Positions 37,364 to 44,737 of a stretch of 58,367 nt of DNA are shown here, piece after piece. This DNA is from Anaerolineae bacterium (lineage in GTDB: Bacteria > Chloroflexota > Anaerolineae > CG2-30-64-16), in NCBI GenBank assembly GCA_034434335.1, contig DAOTZS010000208.1, positions 1-58,367 on the forward strand, read 5' to 3'. The notes under the pieces are model-generated. The model saw nothing but the letters and a program-made list of their open reading frames with translations. It was not told the origin of the DNA and ran no database searches. Each line of letters opens with the position of its first letter. The first letter of the stretch is position 1. The position numbers were made by a program, and so were the translations under genes.

Positions 37364-38383
37364 TTATGGTCTTCCTGCCAGAGGGTCGGCGTCAGGAGGC
37401 CAGGAAGGCTCCAGTTGGGCTGCCAGGTCAGGCGCGAAGGTGGTTAAGTCCTGGCGCAATTGGGCTAAAGCCAGGTCTTTGGCACGTACCTCTAGCATGA
37501 CATCGAACGGACGCAAGCCTTGAGCCATACGGATAAAGTCTATAAACTCAAACGGGTTGACGTAATCAGAGTGATAACTCCATCGTGTTCGGCGCACCTG
37601 CGGGAGGGGGCCGTCACCATCTTCCCTCACCACCCACTCCGTTCTGGGTGAGCTGAAGTGCACCTTGGGACGAACGGACGCGGGCCATGTGGACAGGCAG
37701 GCAGCCAGGGCCTCTCGAGGAGAGATCCCGTCAGGGTTATTGAGCCGGTGGTGGAGGTTGTCGAAAATCAGTCGCACCCCGGTGCGCTCATGAACCCAGA
37801 GGGTATCGCTGACGCTAAAACGGCTGTCGTCGTTTTCCAGGGCCAGCCGGCGCTGAACAGGTTCTGGCAGTCTGAGGAAGTTCTCCACAAAGCGCGTCCT
37901 GGAGGCAGCATGGTCGCCATAGATGCCGCCCAAATGGACTACAACGACCGCCTCTGGTCCCAGGCCCATGCTGTCCAAGATAGCTGTCTGAACGGCCAGG
38001 TCTGCGATGGTTGACTCTAGCCGGGCAGGATCAGGAGCGTTTAGAATCACGTGGGATGCCGGGTGGAAGGAGAGGCGTAGCCCTAGAGTTTGGGCCATCT
38101 CACCCACAGCCGCCAGCTCTGCCTGGCACTCAGCTACCTGATGGTGAAATCTTGGCAGGTCCGGGTGTGTGGCATAAGGTGCGAGCTCGGACGAGATGCG
38201 GTACATTCCAATGTGGGCCTCGGCCAGATAGACAAAGACATCACGCAGATAAGCCAGGCTTACACTCAGATGGGGATTGTTCTGCCAGCGTCGGCTATCG
38301 TGGCTTTTCAATTCCGGCCGGGCAAGGGGTTTTACAACGAAGCCAAGGCGCATGAACAGTCTCGAGGTCAAGATGAAATCCAT
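37364..38383 (-). CDS. uvdE: UV damage endonuclease (UvdE/UVDE family)
   Basis: 'MRLGFVV', 'HPDLPRFHH', 'RLSFHP', 'VVVHLGG', 'LALENDD' and 'HFSSPR'. The start may be the ATG at 38353 instead. Confidence 0.85.
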   Translation of the reverse strand: MDFILTSRLFMRLGFVVKPLARPELKSHDSRRWQNNPHLSVSLAYLRDVFVYLAEAHIGMYRISSELAPYATHPDLPRFHHQVAECQAELAAVGEMAQTLGLRLSFHPASHVILNAPDPARLESTIADLAVQTAILDSMGLGPEAVVVVHLGGIYGDHAASRTRFVENFLRLPEPVQRRLALENDDSRFSVSDTLWVHERTGVRLIFDNLHHRLNNPDGISPREALAACLSTWPASVRPKVHFSSPRTEWVVREDGDGPLPQVRRTRWSYHSDYVNPFEFIDFIRMAQGLRPFDVMLEVRAKDLALAQLRQDLTTFAPDLAAQLEPSWPPDADPLAGRP

Positions 38384-38392
38384 AGTGGTGAC

Positions 38393-39862
38393 CTAACCCG
38401 CGGCCAGATCAGCAGCCTGTAAGTGGTCGCGGGCGGTTGCCAGCAGTCGTATGCGGTGAATGGTGAGATAAAGGCTTCCGTCACGGCTGCGACGCACGTT
38501 CAAACCAGCCGCATCTCTCTCTATGCTGGCGTCCAACATCGAACGCACGGCAGCGGCAGTGGCAGCGTCAGCCGCTGCCTGAGCAAGCCACTCCTCTAAT
38601 CCTATGTTTAGTTCGTAGTGCTCAAGCTTTTCGATCTTGAAAAGGGCTTCGGCTACCAGGCGTTCAATCTCCTGGCTGCTGTATAGCTTCAGAAAGGCCG
38701 GGTTGCGGCGGATTTCGATCGCCTCTTGTGTGGCGCGCTTTACGGGATCGTCGCTCCCTACAATCTCGTCAAGTACTAACTTGCCTCGCGACACTAAGAC
38801 GCGATGGAAACCTGCCAATAAGACATCTGGCTGAGGGATGTAGGAAAGCAGCTCACGGCAGGTCACCACATCAAAGCTGTGTTCGGGGAAGGGCAAAGCT
38901 GTGGCATCAGCCAGACGAAAACGGACGTTGTGCAAGTTGAGGCTTAGCCGTGCCCGTTCAGCGCACTCTAGCATAGCGGGTGAAATATCAACAGCGACCA
39001 CATGATCCACATGGGGAGCAAAGGCCAGTGCCACAGCACCGGCTCCGGTTGCTACGTCTAGCAACCTGGTATCTGTTGTTGGTGCAGCCAGCCTGACGAG
39101 GGACTGCAGCTCGCGCTCGTCAGGGTGTATAATGCCCTGAGGGAAGGCCGTGGCAACGCGTCGTGAGTGTTCTAAGACCAACTCGAGTTGCTTTCCCTGG
39201 GCTGCGGCCCGGTGCGGTTGTTGCTCGGCAGATGGTGCAGGGAAGAGTTCGGGCCCAAGGGGCAGCAAATGGGTCTGGCTATTATGGGCAAGCAGGCGCC
39301 AACGTCCATCCTGCCAACTCACATGGGTAATACTGCCGTTATCTACTGCCACGGTCATCAGATGGCCGCCAAACAGGCTACGCAAAAGGGTAGCAATTGT
39401 GCCAGCATGGGTTACAATGACTACCGTCTTATCGAGATAGGCGCTCAGAATCTCCTGCAAGGCCTGCCGCAGGCGAGCCCGGAACTGAGAGTAACCAGGT
39501 GCGCGTTCTGGGGAAGGTTGCCATGTACTGTCCCAGAGGCCAAGGGGGTCGTCTTGGGGTGTCTTGGGCAGTTCTTCCCAGTAGGGCACGTCAGCTTCTT
39601 CGAGGCCGGACTGCAACAAGACCGGCAGGGCAAGCCGCTGAGCGATGACTTCGGCTGTCTGTCGAGCGCGCATCAACGGGCTGGAGATGACGGCGTGGAC
39701 CTGACCATGGCGCGCGAACCAGTCGGCCAGAAGCTGAGCCTGCCGCCAGCCCAGCTCTGTCAGCCCGCTGTTTTGTGTCGTACCGGTGCTATCGCGGTTG
39801 TATAAGGACTGGCCGTGACGGACCAGAAAGAGATGTGTGATAGCCTGTTCAGAGGCGGACAT
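38393..39862 (-). CDS. Fusion protein: histidine phosphatase (phosphoglycerate-mutase superfamily) N-terminal domain plus a class I SAM-dependent methyltransferase C-terminal domain
   Basis: 'LFLVRHGQSLYN' and 'VIVTHAGT' in the N-half. 'LLDVATGAGAVALAFA' and 'VVAVDISPAML' in the C-half. ATG at 39862. Confidence 0.8.
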   Translation of the reverse strand: MSASEQAITHLFLVRHGQSLYNRDSTGTTQNSGLTELGWRQAQLLADWFARHGQVHAVISSPLMRARQTAEVIAQRLALPVLLQSGLEEADVPYWEELPKTPQDDPLGLWDSTWQPSPERAPGYSQFRARLRQALQEILSAYLDKTVVIVTHAGTIATLLRSLFGGHLMTVAVDNGSITHVSWQDGRWRLLAHNSQTHLLPLGPELFPAPSAEQQPHRAAAQGKQLELVLEHSRRVATAFPQGIIHPDERELQSLVRLAAPTTDTRLLDVATGAGAVALAFAPHVDHVVAVDISPAMLECAERARLSLNLHNVRFRLADATALPFPEHSFDVVTCRELLSYIPQPDVLLAGFHRVLVSRGKLVLDEIVGSDDPVKRATQEAIEIRRNPAFLKLYSSQEIERLVAEALFKIEKLEHYELNIGLEEWLAQAAADAATAAAVRSMLDASIERDAAGLNVRRSRDGSLYLTIHRIRLLATARDHLQAADLAAG

Positions 39863-39943
39863 GGTCAAAGGCAGATAGTTGCCAGGGCATCATCTGGCTC
39901 CAACTTGAGCGGCCACTGCTTGTCTCTGGGAACCTGACTAACT

Positions 39944-39972
39944 ATTATAATCCACGGCGCTCCCCGGCACAA
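39944..39972 (-). promoter_or_regulatory. Candidate promoter for the phosphatase-MTase / uvdE / DUF559-like operon
   Basis: The minus strand reads TTGTGC (39967-39972), a 17-nt spacer, TATAAT (39944-39949). Confidence 0.55.
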
Positions 39973-39999
39973 ACCAGGCTCTGCACAGTGGCCTGACAG

Positions 40000-40028
40000 T
40001 TGACAAGCCCTTCTGGGTCTATTAGAAT
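40000..40028 (+). promoter_or_regulatory. Near-consensus promoter of tRNA-Arg
   Basis: TTGACA (40000-40005), a 17-nt spacer, TAGAAT (40023-40028), 12 nt upstream of the tRNA 5' end. Confidence 0.75.
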
Positions 40029-40040
40029 GTCCCTGTGCAC

Positions 40041-40113
40041 GCCCCCGTAGCTCAACGGACAGAGCAGGTGCCTTCTAAGCACAAGGTTGCAGGTTCGAAT
40101 CCTGCCGGGGGTA
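40041..40113 (+). tRNA. tRNA-Arg (anticodon TCT)
   Basis: Hand-folded cloverleaf. Acceptor GCCCCCG/CGGGGGT (G1-U72). D stem GCTC/GAGC. Anticodon stem GGTGC/GCACA with loop CT-TCT-AA. T arm GCAGG-TTCGAAT-CCTGC. Discriminator A. CCA is not encoded. Confidence 0.9.
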
Positions 40114-40154
40114 TTGCCCCTCTCAGGCCAGGTGCAGTGAAGCCTCTTTCTGTC

Positions 40155-40375
40155 GTAACTATTCAGGCCGATTGAAATCGCCCTCCCTGGGCACTTCGTG
40201 CCAGGCCTCGCCCCGAAGGGCTCGGCCCGAGGGGTGTCGGCCTACGCCGACACCTTTCATGTGTGCATCCGCAAGAGAGGTCGGCGAAGGCCGACCTCTG
40301 GCCCCAGGCCCCAAAAGGGCCACGCCGAGGGCTTGCCCTCGGCGTGGCCCTTCCAGTCACCGCCTGAATAGTCAC
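40155..40375 (+). mobile_element. MITE-like element, long variant, copy 4
   Basis: GTAACTATTCAGG ... CCTGAATAGTCAC. The perfect 8-bp direct repeat TTTCTGTC flanks it (40147-40154 and 40376-40383). It lies 41 nt downstream of tRNA-Arg. Confidence 0.85.
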
Positions 40376-40519
40376 TTTCTGTCTTGTTTGGGCAACACCT
40401 TCGTGGTTGTGTGACTACGCAGTTCTCGGCGGTAGCCAGCGCGGCCGGGAGTTCCCCCAGCGCATCCCCAATTTGGCATCTCGTTCAAATGAAGTGCCAG
40501 GCCATTGGGCAGGCTATCT

Positions 40520-40548
40520 TTGCCGGCCGGTTGCCTGTATGTTAGAAT
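40520..40548 (+). promoter_or_regulatory. Candidate promoter (extended -10) for the acnX-like operon
   Basis: TTGCCG (40520-40525), a 17-nt spacer, TAGAAT (40543-40548), with TG at -15/-14. Confidence 0.6.
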
Positions 40549-40625
40549 CCTGGCCGGCAGGTTTCTGAGATGGTGCTGACTGTGCAGGCAGATGAACGGG
40601 GTGAAAGAGCGGGAGAAGAGCAGAG

Positions 40626-41894
40626 GTGGCCGGGCTTTTCCTGACCCGTGAAGAGCAGGCCATGTTGGATGGCGCCGAGGGGCCGGGTGTCCAGCGTGCC
40701 ATGCGCATCGTAGTTGCTCTGGGGCGCATCTATGGCGCGGCCGAGCTGGTGCCGATCAAGCATGCTCAGATCGCGGGGGTCTCGTACAAGAACCTGGGCG
40801 ATGCCGGCGTGCAGTTCCTCAGCCGCTGGGCTGAGGAGGGCGCGCGCGTGCGCGTGCCAGCCACCCTCAACCCCATGGGAATGGAGCGCGACCGCTGGCA
40901 GGCCTGGGGCATCCCCCCCGACTTCGCCCAGCCCCAACTAAGCGTGCTCGATGCGTTTGCCAGGATGGGGGTCAGCCCAACCATGAGCTGCACCCCCTAT
41001 CTGTGGCAGGGCTACCTGCCGGCGCGTGGGGATACGCTGGCGTGGGCCGAGTCGAGCGCCGTGGCCTTTGCTAATTCTGTGATCGGGGCACGCACCAATC
41101 GCGAGGGCGGGCCCAGCGCGCTGGCCGCGGCCATTGTGGGCCGCACTGCCCGCTATGGCTACCATCTGGATGAAGAGCGCCAGGCCGGGTTGGTGGTGGA
41201 GGTGCGTTGCCCGGTGCGGACGGTGGCCGATTTTGGCGCTTTGAGCTATGTGGTGGGCAAGGCGGCGGGCCAGAATGTCATCTGGTTTGCCGACCTGGCT
41301 GCCTGGCTGCCGGCCCTGCCTGGCGAGCTCACGGCCGGCGGCCCGGCTGTGGATCGCCTGAAGACTCTGGGGGCTGGGCTGGCCGCTTACGGCGCGGTGG
41401 CCTTGTATCACATTGCGGGTTATACGCCCGAGGCGCGCGACCTGGGCGAGACCCTGATCCGGCCTGATGCACAGCGTATGGTGGTGGAGAGCCTGGCAGA
41501 AGCATATCGAGTGATGGATGCCGACCCAGATCTACGCCATATTGACCTGGTCGCCATTGGCTGTCCGCACGCCAGCCTGAGCGAGATCGAGGAAGTGGCC
41601 AGATACCTGGCCGGCAAGACCCTGGCGACCCGCCTGTGGGTAACTACCGCCAGGGCTACCCGAGAGCGGGCTGCCGAGTTGGGTTACGTGCAGGCTATCG
41701 AGGCAGCGGGGGGCGAGGTGGTGGCCGACACGTGCGCGGTCGTGGCGCCCCTGCATCTGCTGGGTGTGCGCAGCATGGCTACCAATGCGGGCAAGATGGC
41801 TTGCTACGCGCCCATGCACAGTGGGGTGCGCATGCGCTTTGGCGACCTGGAGGCGTGCCTGAGGGCAGCCGTAACAGGGGAGTGGGGATCATGA
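40626..41894 (+). CDS. Aconitase X catalytic-domain protein (DUF521, AcnX large subunit)
   Basis: 'LTREEQAMLDGAEGPGVQRAM', 'AQIAGVSY', 'CTPYL', 'AWAESSAVAFANSVIGARTNREG' and 'IGCPH'. Confidence 0.8.
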   Translation: MAGLFLTREEQAMLDGAEGPGVQRAMRIVVALGRIYGAAELVPIKHAQIAGVSYKNLGDAGVQFLSRWAEEGARVRVPATLNPMGMERDRWQAWGIPPDFAQPQLSVLDAFARMGVSPTMSCTPYLWQGYLPARGDTLAWAESSAVAFANSVIGARTNREGGPSALAAAIVGRTARYGYHLDEERQAGLVVEVRCPVRTVADFGALSYVVGKAAGQNVIWFADLAAWLPALPGELTAGGPAVDRLKTLGAGLAAYGAVALYHIAGYTPEARDLGETLIRPDAQRMVVESLAEAYRVMDADPDLRHIDLVAIGCPHASLSEIEEVARYLAGKTLATRLWVTTARATRERAAELGYVQAIEAAGGEVVADTCAVVAPLHLLGVRSMATNAGKMACYAPMHSGVRMRFGDLEACLRAAVTGEWGS

Positions 41895-42940
41895 AGGCGC
41901 TGATTATCCACAACCCTGCCGCCGGCCAGCGGGATCACAGCGAAGAGTTGGCGCAGATCGTGGCCCTGTTGAAAAGCCATGGCTGGCAGGTGGTAGGGGT
42001 CGAGCCTACGCTGGGTTACAGCGATGCCACTACCTTTGCCCGCCAGGCTGCGGCTCAGAAGTGTGATGTGGTGTTTGTAGCCGGGGGAGATGGCACCCTC
42101 GCCCAGGCGGTGGATGGGTTGGTGGGGACCGATACAGCCCTGGCTGTCTTGCCTGCCGGGACGGGCAATGTCATGGCCCGGCAGTTGAACCTGCCGGTGC
42201 CCGGCGGCCTGCACCCCCGGCCGATGCTGGAAGCGGCGCGGCTGGCCCTGGAGGGCCAGATCCGCAGGGTGGATGTCGGGCGGGTGCGCCCGCGTGGCCA
42301 GAACGGCCCTGCTCACCACTTCCTATGTTGGACTGGTGTGGGGTTTGATGCGCAGGTCAATCAACTGGTCAACCAGGACTACCAGCGCAAGAAACGGCTG
42401 GGCCTGGTGGCCTCGGCAGTGACGGCGGTTTCGTTGCTGAGCACTTTCGCCGGCACTTCGGCGGTGGTGCGGGTGGATGGCCACCGGGTCAGCCGACGCC
42501 TGATCATGCTGGAGGCCAGCAACATCCAGCTCTATGGGGTCTTCTTCAGGATGGCGCCCAGGGCTGTGTTGGATGACGGTTGGCTGGATGTCTACTGTTT
42601 TCAGGGTAGTGGCGCAGCACGTACTCTTTTACACGCCATACGTCTATTGCTGAGCCGCCATGTGCAAGACCCTAAGGTGGATGTCTACCGGGCTCAACAT
42701 GTAGAGGTGTCCACCTATCGGCCGCTGCCTGTACATGTGGATGGGGACTATATTGGTAACACCCCTATAGTTATCGACGTTGTCCCGCGGGCAGTTAATC
42801 TGCTGGTGCCTCCTTACGCGCCGGCAAGCCTCTTCACCGACGGCACCGGGATGCTGCCGCCCGAGTCGGCATGGGACTGGATGCGCCGCATGGCTCACGA
42901 TGCACACGAAGCCATCAGAGAACTGGGGGCGCTGCCGTGA
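41891..42940 (+). CDS. Diacylglycerol/lipid kinase catalytic-domain protein (YegS/BmrU-like)
   Basis: 'KALIIHNPAAG' and 'VFVAGGDGTLAQAV'. The ATG overlaps the upstream stop (ATGA). Confidence 0.85.
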   Translation: MKALIIHNPAAGQRDHSEELAQIVALLKSHGWQVVGVEPTLGYSDATTFARQAAAQKCDVVFVAGGDGTLAQAVDGLVGTDTALAVLPAGTGNVMARQLNLPVPGGLHPRPMLEAARLALEGQIRRVDVGRVRPRGQNGPAHHFLCWTGVGFDAQVNQLVNQDYQRKKRLGLVASAVTAVSLLSTFAGTSAVVRVDGHRVSRRLIMLEASNIQLYGVFFRMAPRAVLDDGWLDVYCFQGSGAARTLLHAIRLLLSRHVQDPKVDVYRAQHVEVSTYRPLPVHVDGDYIGNTPIVIDVVPRAVNLLVPPYAPASLFTDGTGMLPPESAWDWMRRMAHDAHEAIRELGALP

Positions 42941-43986
42941 GATATCTCAACCTCCTCTTAGTCTGCGCGCCGGCGGCGATTGTGGGCCGTTTCCTGGGGT
43001 GGTCGCCGACATGGCTGTTCATCCTTTCAGCGTTGGCCGTAATCCCTGCAGCGGGCCTCCTGGGCCAGGCCACAGAAGAGCTGGCCAGCCATACCAGCCC
43101 TCGGGCCGGCGGGCTTCTCAACGCCACCCTGGGTAACGCCGCGGAATTGATTATCACCGTCTTCGCCATTCGCGCCGGCCTGTTGGAGTTGGTCAAGGCC
43201 TCCATTACGGGCTCGATCCTGGGCAACGTGCTCCTGGTCATGGGGTTGAGCGTCTTCGTAGGAGGCCTGAAGAACGGCGAGCAGACCTTTGATGCGCGGC
43301 ATGCAGGGGTGAATGCTACCCAACTGATCCTGGCTCTGCTGGCGTTGGTCATCCCTTCCCTCTTCTTTTTCGCCCATACCGAAAGCGAAGGACCGGTGGA
43401 GTGGCTCAGCCTGGGCACCGCGGTGACGATGTTGGTAGTCTACGCGCTGGGCCTTCTTTTCTCCTTCCGCCACACCAGCCCTGAGCCGGCATTGGGCCAG
43501 GAGGTGCATGCCGAGCACCCTGGCATGAGCGTTGGCCAGGCGTTGGCGCTGTTGGTCGGCGCCACGGTATTGATCGCCTGGCTCAGCGAGATCCTGGTTG
43601 CCGCGGTGGAGCATACGGTGGCCGAGCTGGGTGTATCGGAGTTCTTCATCGGTATCATCGTGGTACCACTGGTGGGGAACGTGGCGGAGCACGCGGTGGC
43701 TGTGCAGGCCGCCTGGAAGGACAGGATGGAGCTCAGCATGGCTGTTTCGGTGGGCTCCAGCCTGCAGATCGCCCTTTTTGTGGCTCCTGTGCTGGTGTTT
43801 CTCAGCCTCCTGCTGGGCCACCCTCTGACCCTGGTGTTCAATCAATTCGAGATCGTTGCCCTTTTCGGTGGCAGCCTGATCGCGGCGCTGGTGTTCCAGG
43901 ACGGGCGTTCTAATTGGTTGGAGGGTGTCCAGTTGCTGGGGGTGTATGTGATCCTGGCTCTGGCGTTTCTGTTCCTGCGGCCTTGA
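42937..43986 (+). CDS. Ca2+/H+ antiporter (CAX/ChaA family)
   Basis: Two alpha-repeat motifs, 'GNAAELIITVFA' and 'GNVAEHAVAV'. GTG at 42937 overlaps the upstream stop (GTGA). Confidence 0.85.
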   Translation: MRYLNLLLVCAPAAIVGRFLGWSPTWLFILSALAVIPAAGLLGQATEELASHTSPRAGGLLNATLGNAAELIITVFAIRAGLLELVKASITGSILGNVLLVMGLSVFVGGLKNGEQTFDARHAGVNATQLILALLALVIPSLFFFAHTESEGPVEWLSLGTAVTMLVVYALGLLFSFRHTSPEPALGQEVHAEHPGMSVGQALALLVGATVLIAWLSEILVAAVEHTVAELGVSEFFIGIIVVPLVGNVAEHAVAVQAAWKDRMELSMAVSVGSSLQIALFVAPVLVFLSLLLGHPLTLVFNQFEIVALFGGSLIAALVFQDGRSNWLEGVQLLGVYVILALAFLFLRP

Positions 43987-44022
43987 GCGGGGCTATTGAC
44001 CTGGACATTAGGAGGTTTCCCG

Positions 44023-44649
44023 GTGCTGGTTCTGGCCTCTGCGTCGCCACGGCGTCAGGCCTTGCTGGCTGCGCTGGGCGTCCCTTTTGTTGTGGATGGG
44101 GCAGATGTGGATGAGGAGCCGCGGGTGGGAGAGGGCCCCGTGGCACTGGCCGTCCGCCTGAGCCAGGCCAAAGCCCAGGCCGTGGCATCCCGCCGGCCGG
44201 ATGCCACGGTGCTGGCGGCTGATACGGTGGTCGCGCTGGATGGAGATGTGTTGGGAAAACCGGCCCATGCGGATGAGGCGGTTGAGATGTTGCGCGCCCT
44301 GCGGGGCCGGGCGCATCGGGTCTACACCGCCGTGGCGCTCGTTCACCACGGCCGCCTGGCCATGGGCCTGGCAGCCAGTGAAGTCACCATGCGCGCCTAT
44401 TCAGACGAGGAGATCGCGGCCTATGTGGCCAGCGGCGATCCCCTCGACAAGGCCGGCGCCTATGCCATCCAAAACCCGGACTTCATGCCGGTGATTGCCT
44501 GGCGGGGCTGTTACACCAGCATCATGGGACTGCCCCTGGGGGTCGTCTCTGATTTGCTGAGGTGGGCCGGGGTGCCAGTGGCTGTGCCAGCAGCCTCTGT
44601 CTGCCAGCAGCTAGGCGTGCGCTGCTGCCTGGATGCCGACACGCCGTAG
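44023..44649 (+). CDS. maf: Maf-like nucleoside-triphosphate pyrophosphatase
   Basis: 'LASASPRRQALL', 'ADTVV', 'GKP' and 'GAYAIQ'. GTG at 44023 follows AGGAGG. Confidence 0.85.
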   Translation: MLVLASASPRRQALLAALGVPFVVDGADVDEEPRVGEGPVALAVRLSQAKAQAVASRRPDATVLAADTVVALDGDVLGKPAHADEAVEMLRALRGRAHRVYTAVALVHHGRLAMGLAASEVTMRAYSDEEIAAYVASGDPLDKAGAYAIQNPDFMPVIAWRGCYTSIMGLPLGVVSDLLRWAGVPVAVPAASVCQQLGVRCCLDADTP

Positions 44650-44737
44650 CTCCGATCCGGTTGCATCTGGGCTGCGGCGGCTCTGCTTTGCGGCAGGTAT
44701 GCCAGGCTTTCTTACGTCTACAGGTCAAAATTCGCCA

